Made by a program: the position numbers and the translations under genes. A stretch of DNA of 55,606 bases from a virus (lineage: Duplodnaviria > Caudoviricetes): IMG/VR virus record IMGVR_UViG_3300030106_005674, positions 1 through 55,606 of that record. One strand, written 5' to 3'. The notes under the pieces are model-generated. The model did no database searches. It was not told the DNA's origin and saw nothing but the letters and a program-made list of their open reading frames with translations. Positions 44,837 through 53,589 of this stretch are shown in pieces. The first letter of the stretch is position 1. Each line of letters begins with the position of its first letter.

Positions 44837-47380
44837 ATGTCTATCTCCTGTGCCAAATGCAATTCTTGCTCACTCGGAATCAAGCTCCGCAAAAGCGACG
44901 AGCAGGTTCCTGTGTTGGGTGAGTCCCACAAGAATGGGCGCATAGCTATAGTTGGAGACTTTCCGGGTACCCACGAGACCTCTGAGGGTCGCCCTTTTGT
45001 TGGCCCAAGTGGTCATGAACTTCAAGCTGCTTTGGACGAGGCTGGGTTGAAACGCTCAGACTGTCTCATCACTAATGCCATCGCATGCCGTCCCCCCGCC
45101 AACAGGCTCGACACTTTCATGGTTCAACATTCGCGAGCAAACAAGAAGCGTAAGAGTGAGAAGAAAGAACTCCTCCTCTCTCCCGCTGAGGCCTGCTCTG
45201 GAAGACTCATGTCTGAGCTTGAGGGATACACCCAAATCATCTGCCTGGGTACAGAAGCTGCCCGCGCAGTTCGGGGCGGTAACGCTTCTATCATGTCTAT
45301 GCGTGGTGCTTGTGAAGAGATTGAGATGCCCTGGGGTCAGGTCCAGATTGGCTACACTCTTCACCCCTCGTTTGTTCTTAGGTCTCCAAAGTGGCAACCC
45401 GTTTTTCGTCGGGACATCCGCAAGGCTCTCCGTTTCTTTTCTGGTGACCTGAAGTGGAAAGACCCTGAAATCTATCTACCCAAGACCGTGGGAGAAATAC
45501 TTCAAGGATTTCAACGACTTATACGTGATGACAGTCCGATTGCCTATGATGTTGAGACAGACGCAAAGAACCCTATGGCCGCTCGACTTCGTTGCATCGG
45601 GTTCGCAAACACCAAGTTTAGTATGGTCGTTCCCCTACTGAGTATCGACGGTCGAACCAACTTCTTCCACGGCGCTGACGAACGGGTGGTCAAGAAGATG
45701 CTTAGGGACTTTCTCAAGGACTGCCCTCTGCCCCTCATGGGCCACAATGCTGGTCAGTACGACCGCCTCGTCTGTGAGGAGCAGCTTGGTATTACGCCTC
45801 GACTGGATGTGGATACCATCCTCCTCCACTTGCTCGCCGACAACGAGATGCCCCACAACCTGGGCTTTGTCACAAGTTTTTATTCAGACTTCACTGAGGC
45901 ATGGAAAGCTGACCATACAGCCGTCGATGCCCGTAGTGACGTTGAATTGCATACCTACTGCGCGAAGGACTGCGCGGTGACAGCAAAGGTTTCCAAGCCC
46001 CTTGCCCGCCAAGTTAAGTCTCATTCTCAGTGGGGCCTGGTTTCTACGGAGCACCAGCTTCAGTGGGTGGGAACAGGAATGCAGCGTCTCGGCATGTTCG
46101 TCGACAATGACAAGCTGCAGGAACACAAGCTCAACTTCCAGCAGAAGCTGACCGAGAACCGGAAGCTGACTGAGAACCTTGGGCCAGTAGACTTCAACCC
46201 TAATTCTACACATCAACTCCGCCGTCTCATCTTCAGTGATTGGGGCCTGCCTCCTGCCAAGTACAACGAGAAGACAGGAGACCCAAGCACCGATGACGAT
46301 ACGCTCCGTAAGATTATTACTACGTATGACATCGATGAGGAGAAGAAAGAATTTATCCAAGCAATTCGCATGGTTAGGAGATACACAAAGCTCCTGAGCA
46401 CCTACATCCGCCCTCTTGAGAGTGGCGAGCTTGTGCTCAGTGACGGGCGTGTACACCCCTCGTACAACCGTCTTCCAGCGACGGGTCGGTACTCATCGAG
46501 TTCGCCCAATGCCCAGAACATCCCATTTTTCCTTAGAGACATTTTCGTGCCTGAACCCGGCCATGTCTTTGTAGGGGCCGACGCAGACCAACTTGAGCTT
46601 CGGTATATCGCAGAAGAGTCAGGCGCTGACCGGCTCATCGAAATCATCAACAACGGGCTCGACCCGCACAACGAGACAATGGAGATTGTATATGGCAAAG
46701 GCATCTGGGAGCTTGAGGGAGCGCCGAAGGAAAGGACGCAGAAAGGCAAAGGAACATTCAAGTCTACTCGCGGCGTTACCAAGAATGTCCGATATGCTTG
46801 GCAGTACGCAGCCAGTGTCCCAACCATCCACGAGCAGGTCATCAGTGTCGAAGACGAGGCGGGTAGTCTCATTTATGCACACCTGACTCACCGAGACATC
46901 CGTGATGTTGTGCATGGCCTCAAGCGCGCCGACCCTGAGATTCCGAAGTGGTGGGACTCAGTAAGAAACCGCTACAGAAGAGAGGGCTACGTTGCCGACT
47001 CTCTTTGGGGTCGCCGTCGTTATTTCCGCGACGAAGAAAAGATTAACGAGCTTGTGAACCACCCGATTCAGACAGGTGGGGCTTCCATTATCCATGAAGC
47101 CATGCTCGAATTAGTTCTGGGTACCCCCGGCAAGGGGACCGTTTCCAACCACATATCAGATGTGTCCAGCCTTCTGCGGGGTGCCCTCCCTTTTAACTTT
47201 GAGGCCAGAACTGGCCTCGTCAACCAATGCCACGACTCACTCATGTTTGAGGTTCCCGAAGAGAAGGGGGAAGAAGTGGCTGAACTACTGCAAGCAGCAA
47301 TGACCCGCAAACGTCGTAAGGGAGCAAGACTCGTTTACACGGCTGAAGCTGAAGTTGGTCAAAGCTGGCTGGAGGTATGA
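44837..47380 (+). CDS. polA: Family-4 uracil-DNA glycosylase-like domain fused to family A DNA polymerase (with 3'-5' exonuclease)
   Basis: UDG: CxxC, GDFPG, GRPFVGPSG, ACRPP, HPS. Exonuclease: YDVET, HNAGQYD, YCAKD. Polymerase: TGRYSSSSPNAQNIP, DADQLELR, KNVRYAWQY, HDS. Confidence 0.92.
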   Translation: MSISCAKCNSCSLGIKLRKSDEQVPVLGESHKNGRIAIVGDFPGTHETSEGRPFVGPSGHELQAALDEAGLKRSDCLITNAIACRPPANRLDTFMVQHSRANKKRKSEKKELLLSPAEACSGRLMSELEGYTQIICLGTEAARAVRGGNASIMSMRGACEEIEMPWGQVQIGYTLHPSFVLRSPKWQPVFRRDIRKALRFFSGDLKWKDPEIYLPKTVGEILQGFQRLIRDDSPIAYDVETDAKNPMAARLRCIGFANTKFSMVVPLLSIDGRTNFFHGADERVVKKMLRDFLKDCPLPLMGHNAGQYDRLVCEEQLGITPRLDVDTILLHLLADNEMPHNLGFVTSFYSDFTEAWKADHTAVDARSDVELHTYCAKDCAVTAKVSKPLARQVKSHSQWGLVSTEHQLQWVGTGMQRLGMFVDNDKLQEHKLNFQQKLTENRKLTENLGPVDFNPNSTHQLRRLIFSDWGLPPAKYNEKTGDPSTDDDTLRKIITTYDIDEEKKEFIQAIRMVRRYTKLLSTYIRPLESGELVLSDGRVHPSYNRLPATGRYSSSSPNAQNIPFFLRDIFVPEPGHVFVGADADQLELRYIAEESGADRLIEIINNGLDPHNETMEIVYGKGIWELEGAPKERTQKGKGTFKSTRGVTKNVRYAWQYAASVPTIHEQVISVEDEAGSLIYAHLTHRDIRDVVHGLKRADPEIPKWWDSVRNRYRREGYVADSLWGRRRYFRDEEKINELVNHPIQTGGASIIHEAMLELVLGTPGKGTVSNHISDVSSLLRGALPFNFEARTGLVNQCHDSLMFEVPEEKGEEVAELLQAAMTRKRRKGARLVYTAEAEVGQSWLEV

Positions 47381-47835
47381 TGAGAGTTTTTTACGCGCAT
47401 AGCGCACAATCCAGTCCTCAGCAGGTCAACTATGAGGCCAAACTGCTGTCGGATACTATGTCCAAGAAGTTTGGTCGAAATGCTTCCGTCCGCCCAGGAC
47501 GCTCGGACTACGAGAGGCGTTTCTCAGGCAACTGGGAAGAGTGGCAGAGGGGTGTTGTCACACGAACAAATGCCACTACCGGACAAAAGGCTTATGACCT
47601 GTTTGTCGTCACGGGAGTGGGTTGTGGAAGGGCTACTGCTAACATATTGCGTCTTGCGTTGGAACATGGTCGACCAGTTTACTGGTGGAACGGCCGAGAA
47701 GAAGCAGAGTTCAAAAAAGTGGCCAAGATTGAAGTCTTGGATGAAGAAGATTGGTCGAACGGGTGGGTGATTGTCTGCAAAGAGCGCAAGCCTAAGCAGT
47801 TGCCTCTCCCGTTTAGCCCAGGAGAAGCAAAATGA
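47377..47835 (+). CDS. Hypothetical protein, nucleoside 2-deoxyribosyltransferase/SLOG-like Rossmann fold
   Basis: 'RVFYAHS...YDLFVV....GRATANILRLALEHGRPVYW' pattern; ATGA-coupled to polA. Confidence 0.45.
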   Translation: MMRVFYAHSAQSSPQQVNYEAKLLSDTMSKKFGRNASVRPGRSDYERRFSGNWEEWQRGVVTRTNATTGQKAYDLFVVTGVGCGRATANILRLALEHGRPVYWWNGREEAEFKKVAKIEVLDEEDWSNGWVIVCKERKPKQLPLPFSPGEAK

Positions 47836-48068
47836 GTCACCAACTTCAACTTCAGATTCTTCGGTTGAACGGATGGAGCGATGAGCGCCTTTCAGTAGCG
47901 ATTGGCGACCTAATTGGGGGAGAAGGCCCAAGTACTCAGAGCATTTACCGTTGGAGAACCGGGAAAACGCACCCCGCAAGGGTTTACCAAGGTCCTCTCG
48001 ACAAGTTGTACGAGAGCCACAGTCCAGAAGGAGCAGGAAATGGACAAAATCATCCGAGTGAAGAGTAA
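47832..48068 (+). CDS. Cro/XRE-like HTH protein
   Basis: 'LRLNGWSDERLSVAIG...STQSIYRWRTGKTHP'. Confidence 0.7.
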   Translation: MSHQLQLQILRLNGWSDERLSVAIGDLIGGEGPSTQSIYRWRTGKTHPARVYQGPLDKLYESHSPEGAGNGQNHPSEE

Positions 48069-49449
48069 TATCAAGAGCCCAAAGGGAGAGGAGTGGAGCT
48101 ACGAGCTTGACGACCTAAACCTGCTGATTGGGCCCAACGAAAGCGGAAAGAGCGCAGTGGCTGAGGCTGTTCAGCTTGCGGCTACAGGCAGTGCCTATGG
48201 TCTCTTCTTCCGCGACTCTCAGGTTAAGAGCGGTCCCCAACTTGGGAAGCTGGCTACCACAGAGGAAGACATCTACGCAGAAGTAGAGTATTCCGATGGT
48301 ACAAGTAGCCGTTGGGAGATGGTCAAGGGCGGTAGGCCCAAGCGCACGGGGGAGAAGATTACAGCTCTTCCGATTGCAGAGCTTAGAGATGCGCTGAGCG
48401 GCTCGGCCACACGGGCCAGACACTTCTTTGCGCCCCTACTTCTTCCGGACACTTTTTCTCGTGAGAGTCTGGAGAAGCTGCTTCCCAACAAAGAAATAGA
48501 CCTGTCTGTTCCTTTGGAGAAGTTGTTGCCTGACTACGGTGACCCACTGTCTGTTCAAGACATCATCCTTGCATACAAGAACTGCGGCTCTTGGAAGCGT
48601 TCTGCGAACAGCAAGGCAAAGGCAGTGACCAACATGTTGCCATTCTTCGACCATCCTGACCCCGTTGCAGCCCTGAAGCTGAGCACGGAGTTGGCTTGGG
48701 ATATGCAACTGGCCATCAAGTTTGAGTGGCTCAAAAAGCTGTACAAGTCTCAGGACTTCGAAGAAGATGACAAAGTTGTACTGGGTAAGCTCGCCCTTGA
48801 GATTGGTGACCAAGAAACTCTGAGAAGCCTCCGAGGCTCAGCAGAGTATTTCGACGACCTTTCTAAGGTATGGAAGACTACAGTCACTGCCGAGATTGCC
48901 CATAAGAGCCGCAAGAAAATCAAGGCGTTTGAGGAAGAGGCTAAGAGCTTTGAGACTCTTGAGAAGGCCCTCGATGTTGCTCTTACGATGCTTCTTGCCC
49001 CAGAGATTACGAAGTACTGCCGTCGGGTCAACAAGTTCTTGCCCAAGGGAGACAAGTTCGGAGTCAAGCACGACCTGAAGAACTTCTCGGTCTTTCTTAG
49101 CCGTAATGGAGAGGAGCACTTCGCACTATCGGGCAGCACCGAGGCCCGTGTATTGGCCGCTATGGGTGCCGCTCTCGCAACTGGGGGTAAACCCACCATG
49201 CTTGTAGTGGATGACCGTATGTGGGATTCTAAGACGCTGGCTAAGACAATGGAGAGACTTGAGACCTCCAAAGAGACCATGCCCTTCCAAGCCATCCTTA
49301 TGTCTACGCTCAAGCCCCGTGGACGAGCACGAGCAAAGTGGAACTATGTCGAAATCAAGCCGAAAGGGTATGATGCAGAGGATGAAGAACCTCAAGAGCA
49401 AGCTCAAGATGCACCTCCGGAAAACCCACTTGAAGAGGCAGGTAAGTAA
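48040..49449 (+). CDS. ABC/SMC-like (Rad50-type) ATPase
   Basis: Start at ATG 48040; NLLIGPNESGKS, helical middle, signature LSGST, Walker B LVVDD. Confidence 0.8.
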   Translation: MDKIIRVKSNIKSPKGEEWSYELDDLNLLIGPNESGKSAVAEAVQLAATGSAYGLFFRDSQVKSGPQLGKLATTEEDIYAEVEYSDGTSSRWEMVKGGRPKRTGEKITALPIAELRDALSGSATRARHFFAPLLLPDTFSRESLEKLLPNKEIDLSVPLEKLLPDYGDPLSVQDIILAYKNCGSWKRSANSKAKAVTNMLPFFDHPDPVAALKLSTELAWDMQLAIKFEWLKKLYKSQDFEEDDKVVLGKLALEIGDQETLRSLRGSAEYFDDLSKVWKTTVTAEIAHKSRKKIKAFEEEAKSFETLEKALDVALTMLLAPEITKYCRRVNKFLPKGDKFGVKHDLKNFSVFLSRNGEEHFALSGSTEARVLAAMGAALATGGKPTMLVVDDRMWDSKTLAKTMERLETSKETMPFQAILMSTLKPRGRARAKWNYVEIKPKGYDAEDEEPQEQAQDAPPENPLEEAGK

Positions 49450-49450
49450 G

Positions 49451-49678
49451 ATGGCCGACATTTTGCGTGAACAAGCGTTCGAAGAAGTCAGTGAAGACAT
49501 CAACACTTCAGTTGGACTTCAGATTGTTTCTGAGCCTGGGTTCCTGAGTCTCTGCTCGCCTGATGGGCAAGTGGTGACGAAGGTTCCCCACTCTACAGAC
49601 CCCATGGATGACATCGACCTCATCCGACAGGTCTGGTTCGCCTCTTCCCGTCTTATGTCTAATAATAGTTGGGATTGA
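49451..49678 (+). CDS. Small hypothetical protein
   Basis: ATG 49451 lies directly after the ATPase stop. Confidence 0.6.
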   Translation: MADILREQAFEEVSEDINTSVGLQIVSEPGFLSLCSPDGQVVTKVPHSTDPMDDIDLIRQVWFASSRLMSNNSWD

Positions 49679-49899
49679 ATAACGTCAAGCGAATAAGCGG
49701 ACAGAACCTGTCCGACACGCTCAGAGAGCCGACGTTAAGTAAGAGTACCATTCTGGCGAATGGAACCACAAAATCCTTGGGTAGGTTTTTTTACTTATTA
49801 TTCCCCTGCCCAAGGTGCGGTAGTCACAACGTAAAGACATGCATAGATGTCCTCCTACCTCCCCTAGCCTGTGGGAGCAGAAGTATTGTGGCAACAGGC

Positions 49900-49946
49900 G
49901 CCCCGACCTTTGTTTTTGTTGAATGGACAAGGGTTGGGGCTTTCTT
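49900..49946 (+). terminator. Hairpin at the convergence of early and late arms
   Basis: GCCCCGACCTTTGT (49900-49913) pairs with ACAAGGGTTGGGGC (49927-49940), then TTTCTT. Confidence 0.6.
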
Positions 49947-50253
49947 ACTTGTCGCGATCTAAAATGCGGTCGAGTCGCGACACGATGTCGTTATGGACTT
50001 TGGTGCGTGCGATGAGGAACTCTTTGGACTGACTGTCGTTGTTGTCCCGATACTCTTGAATCACTCGATCGTACCGCTCACGCATCTTTTCTGTTCTATT
50101 GTCGTAGTCTTTACGGATCTCATCTATCTGCTCTTGGAAACCCTCTACGAGCTTGTCCAAGCGCTTCTGCATCGTGATGAACTGGAACACAAGAAAAGCT
50201 GCGAAGATACCGAGATGACCGTCCGCAAGCAGAGAATCGACCAAGGCTTCCAT
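49945..50253 (-). CDS. Holin-like membrane protein (1 TM + coiled coil)
   Basis: N-terminal hydrophobic helix 'LGIFAAFLVFQFI'; adjacent to the endolysin. Confidence 0.55.
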   Translation of the reverse strand: MEALVDSLLADGHLGIFAAFLVFQFITMQKRLDKLVEGFQEQIDEIRKDYDNRTEKMRERYDRVIQEYRDNNDSQSKEFLIARTKVHNDIVSRLDRILDRDK

Positions 50254-50828
50254 TAGAACTCCGGTTCTTCAATCAGGGTATACGTGAACCCGTTCCCCCA
50301 CTTCTCCCTCGCTGCATAGCAGATGCTCATGAATTCCTCAAAATCATCTGCATTTGCGAACACTTGGCATCCAGCCGACCAGCGGTCTATTTGCGTTGAT
50401 GCTGACCCCGCCTTGTGAATATTGATGCCGTAGTAGCCCTCAGTAATAGAGTCCACATCACAATCAATGATGTCGTCTTTATTGCTGTCACGATAAGTCT
50501 TGACCGTACCGTTCCTCTGACAGAGCGCGTCATACTTCCCCTGGTGCTTGTCGATCTTCCAGACAGATCGGTATTGCCCAGGGACAAGGATAGCAGTCCC
50601 GTTGACGTTGCTGGGATTCTCAAGCCAGTACTTTCCGGGCTCCGTAGTACATTTCCATGTCCGGGTAATCCAGCCCTGCTCATCCTGGAATACAACACAG
50701 ATGCGGTCGTCGAAGCTATTCGATTTGTGGTCTCGGCTACGAATACCAATGATATTCAGGTTGTAAGTACCGTTTTCAAAGACGGAGTGCCCAAGAGAGG
50801 CCACATAGTCCAGTAGGAGAGGGCGCAT
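50253..50828 (-). CDS. Endolysin, L,D-transpeptidase-like (His...SAGC) type
   Basis: Start at ATG 50828; 'LNIIGIR', 'TTEPG', 'GINIH...WSAGCQV'; surrounded by membrane-protein genes. Confidence 0.7.
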   Translation of the reverse strand: MRPLLLDYVASLGHSVFENGTYNLNIIGIRSRDHKSNSFDDRICVVFQDEQGWITRTWKCTTEPGKYWLENPSNVNGTAILVPGQYRSVWKIDKHQGKYDALCQRNGTVKTYRDSNKDDIIDCDVDSITEGYYGINIHKAGSASTQIDRWSAGCQVFANADDFEEFMSICYAAREKWGNGFTYTLIEEPEF

Positions 50829-50829
50829 C

Positions 50830-51120
50830 TTAGTTACTGCAGTTGGCGTTGGTGGCCTGACAGATCTGGGCGACGTTGACAGCCTGTTTCTGCTGCATGT
50901 CCAGCATCTTCTGAACAATGTCTTCCATCTTGTCCAGGCGCTGCTCAATGCCTTCAATCTTAACATCGACAACTTCCTGCTTGCCCAAGTTGGACTCGAG
51001 GACAGTTACACGCTTGTCTAGCTCATCAACATCTTGGGCAGACGACTCGAGAGAGGCGAAAGAGATGCCTGCAGCAAAAACGAGAGTAACGCCGGGAACA
51101 ACCAGTTCTTTTCCGTTCAT
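50830..51120 (-). CDS. Membrane-anchored coiled-coil protein (lysis accessory)
   Basis: N-terminal TM helix followed by a heptad pattern. Confidence 0.55.
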   Translation of the reverse strand: MNGKELVVPGVTLVFAAGISFASLESSAQDVDELDKRVTVLESNLGKQEVVDVKIEGIEQRLDKMEDIVQKMLDMQQKQAVNVAQICQATNANCSN

Positions 51121-51563
51121 CTTCCAGCTCCTGAACTGTAATAGTAGGTAGTTCCTAGACCTGCTGTGACAATTCCGACAATGATTATCGTTTCTATCCT
51201 ACCAAGCCAACGTTGTGTTGAGGGTTTTTCAATCCAAGGTTTGGGAGCTGTCTCAATCTCCAAACGTTTTTTGTACCAATCAAGCTCCATTTCTAGGACA
51301 GAGACTTCTAATCGGAATTGTTTTTCCAGCGACTTTCCCCACTCTTCTGTTGCGAGCAAGTCTGCGTAGTCAGAAAGAGGGACAACCAAACCCGAGCAGG
51401 AAGCTATCGACGGAGAGGACGATAACAGAGAAGGAGGGAATGGTTGCCCCTCCCGAATAGGGTATGTTTTTCGGCACTGCCCGTCTACTGGTTTTGGAGC
51501 ATCAGGACGGGCGAGAGGTTCGACAGCGAGAGCAGTGCCCAGCATCGCCATGAAAAAGAGCAC
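51117..51563 (-). CDS. Spanin-like exported protein with C-terminal TM helix
   Basis: Signal-peptide-like N-terminus, Pro-rich stretch, coiled coil, hydrophobic C-terminus. Confidence 0.45.
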   Translation of the reverse strand: MLFFMAMLGTALAVEPLARPDAPKPVDGQCRKTYPIREGQPFPPSLLSSSPSIASCSGLVVPLSDYADLLATEEWGKSLEKQFRLEVSVLEMELDWYKKRLEIETAPKPWIEKPSTQRWLGRIETIIIVGIVTAGLGTTYYYSSGAGR

Positions 51564-51805
51564 TATCTTTTCCTCGCATTGCCCAGGTCTGCGAGATCAC
51601 CCGCTGGGTCTTCACCCTCTGTAGCCTTTTCTACCTTTCCTACTTCTTCTTCGAAAGTTTGCTGGATATTATCGCGAGAAACATCAGCAGCAGTATTCTT
51701 GGGGGGAGAATTCTGTTCTGGAGCACTCTTCTTTTTTCGAGCAAAAAGCCAAACAAAAGCGCCAGCAAAAAGAGAAGCCAGAAGGGGTAGAATAGTCTCC
51801 GTCAT
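51563..51805 (-). CDS. N-terminal TM protein (i-spanin-like)
   Basis: 'ILPLLASLFAGAFVWLF' followed by ARKKK. Confidence 0.45.
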   Translation of the reverse strand: MTETILPLLASLFAGAFVWLFARKKKSAPEQNSPPKNTAADVSRDNIQQTFEEEVGKVEKATEGEDPAGDLADLGNARKR

Positions 51806-52176
51806 GCTGTCACCAGCATTTTCACGATGACATTACCGTCTGGACCCGAAGGAGACGACGTTGCGCTGGTTGTGCTTGCCCAAATGCAGAGTCCTGCAGA
51901 GTATTCGTGTCCCTCTGACCACAGAAGAGTAGATTTGACTCCCCTTGGGATGTTCATCCTAAAATCAGGCACGGTAGTCCCTGCAGTGGCGCTAGAAGCG
52001 TCTGCAATGTTCAAGAAGACAGGAATATCGGAGTTCTCAGTGTTGTCTACTTCTACCAAGTAGAGTTTGCCCGATGTGCTGCCTGTGATGTTGTTCTCCG
52101 ACTGGTTTCCAACACTGACAACGCACACAAGCTCGTCAGCCAGGGAAGAAGGAGTCGTCTTAGTGTACGAAGCCAC
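51802..52176 (-). CDS. Small beta-rich virion-type protein, paralogue 4
   Basis: Shares TG..VDN..VFL..PD..G..SAGL..W motifs with neighbours. Confidence 0.7.
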   Translation of the reverse strand: MASYTKTTPSSLADELVCVVSVGNQSENNITGSTSGKLYLVEVDNTENSDIPVFLNIADASSATAGTTVPDFRMNIPRGVKSTLLWSEGHEYSAGLCIWASTTSATSSPSGPDGNVIVKMLVTA

Positions 52177-52177
52177 C

Positions 52178-52591
52178 TCAATACCCCACTGAGTTTACGT
52201 TGATTCTTTCTGAGGTCTGATGGACTACGAAAGTGACCTTAACAGTGCCATTCTGGTTTACTGCGGGTGCCGTATTGTTGCCCACAGTGGCCAAACGAGT
52301 AGCCCAGAACGATAATCCTGCAGAGAAGTGCCCACATTCTTGAAAAGAGATGGTCTCGACCTCTCCAGAGCCTACGCGAAAGAGCCAGTCGGGCTCATCG
52401 TTGACTGATGCAGTGAGCCCGTCCTTCACTTTTAGGAACACAGCCTGACTTCCCTGACTGTTGTCGACTTTGATCTGCTTTATGGTGCCCGTAGAGCCCG
52501 TAGCGTTTGTGTTCGCAGTCGTGCCTGCTGCACTCTCGTACACGATCCGATAATCAACAGCCTGGGGCCAACTGGTAACACTGAGGGACAT
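52178..52591 (-). CDS. Small beta-rich virion-type protein, paralogue 3
   Basis: Shares the same motif set as paralogue 4. Confidence 0.7.
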   Translation of the reverse strand: MSLSVTSWPQAVDYRIVYESAAGTTANTNATGSTGTIKQIKVDNSQGSQAVFLKVKDGLTASVNDEPDWLFRVGSGEVETISFQECGHFSAGLSFWATRLATVGNNTAPAVNQNGTVKVTFVVHQTSERINVNSVGY

Positions 52592-52594
52592 TCA

Positions 52595-52786
52595 CTACTT
52601 CTTTGAGATTGCGCTCATGGCCTTTTCAGCAGAGTCGCCAGCGATGTAGGCGAGCCCAAGGTACAACCATTCTTGAGAGTTGAGGCGGTCAAGAAGCAAG
52701 AGGGCGGTGCCCAAAGCGAGAACAGCGAGACGACGCCAAGATACACGCTTTTGAGAGTTGAACATCTTATCGAAAAGGTCTTTCAT
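52595..52786 (-). CDS. Small two-TM holin-like protein
   Basis: 'SWRRLAVLALGTALLLL...WLYLGLAYIAG'. Confidence 0.6.
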   Translation of the reverse strand: MKDLFDKMFNSQKRVSWRRLAVLALGTALLLLDRLNSQEWLYLGLAYIAGDSAEKAMSAISKK

Positions 52787-52795
52787 GGTTCTTCC

Positions 52796-53170
52796 TTAGT
52801 TGGCGACGATTCTAACTGTGATTGTGTCAGCAGGGATGCCCTGAGTTGTTGCGTTGGCCTGCGTCGACGTAATCCAGAAAGTGAGAGCAGTGGCTACAGG
52901 CACACCTGCTCCGATGACGTAGGATACCGTGGCATTTGCTGGGGAGTAGAACTTGAAGTCTGGGTTCGCTGCGTCTGCGTTAGCAACAGAGGCCGTTTCT
53001 GCGATCTTCAAGTAAGCAGCAGAGCTTGAGTTGTTCTTAATCACAATGTTGTACACAGTAGGGGCAGTACCTGTGACGTTGTTCTCAATGCTAATTGAAG
53101 ACGTAACCGTACTGTGAGTGATAAGAAACTGCCCAAGAGGGCTCGCTACAGTTCCAAGAGTTGAGGCCAT
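52796..53170 (-). CDS. Small beta-rich virion-type protein, paralogue 2
   Basis: 'NNVTG...IKNN..AYLKI...NPDF...LTFW'. Confidence 0.7.
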   Translation of the reverse strand: MASTLGTVASPLGQFLITHSTVTSSISIENNVTGTAPTVYNIVIKNNSSSAAYLKIAETASVANADAANPDFKFYSPANATVSYVIGAGVPVATALTFWITSTQANATTQGIPADTITVRIVAN

Positions 53171-53178
53171 TTCAAATC

Positions 53179-53571
53179 CTACGTGGTAATGATGGTTGCG
53201 AGTACGTTACCGCCAGGGGCACCAGTGTTCGCTGCGGTTCCTGGAGTATCCGTACACCACATACTCAACTTAGTGAATGGGATTCCTTCCGGAATAACAA
53301 GTCGTACAGCACTTGAGGCATTGACGGGAATCTGGAGGTCAGGCTCAGAAGCGTTTGTCGGAGCATCCGAAGAGAACGTCATCTGAAAGTAGATTCGACC
53401 GCCTGACCATGCATTATTGATGTCGATGCTTATGAGAGATCCGGAATCTCCCTGAGTAACGTCAGTAAGGACTGTTGCTGCGTTGTTAGAGTTGCTCCCG
53501 CTAAGGACACTCTCATACACAATCGTATGGGGAACAATGCTGTCGTCAAATTTAGCGATTGATGTGGCCAT
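53179..53571 (-). CDS. Small beta-rich virion-type protein, paralogue 1
   Basis: 'IVYES...IDINN...EPDL...EGIPF..LSMW'. Confidence 0.7.
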   Translation of the reverse strand: MATSIAKFDDSIVPHTIVYESVLSGSNSNNAATVLTDVTQGDSGSLISIDINNAWSGGRIYFQMTFSSDAPTNASEPDLQIPVNASSAVRLVIPEGIPFTKLSMWCTDTPGTAANTGAPGGNVLATIITT

Positions 53572-53589
53572 GCTGGCTCCTTAAAATGA

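Noticed and set aside
47832-48068. Lysogeny repressor / temperate lifestyle
   Set aside because: No integrase, partition genes or divergent cI/cro switch; the HTH gene is embedded in the replication operon.
50829-50972. N-terminal extension of the endolysin
   Set aside because: It overlaps the upstream membrane-protein gene; ATG 50828 follows that gene's stop directly.
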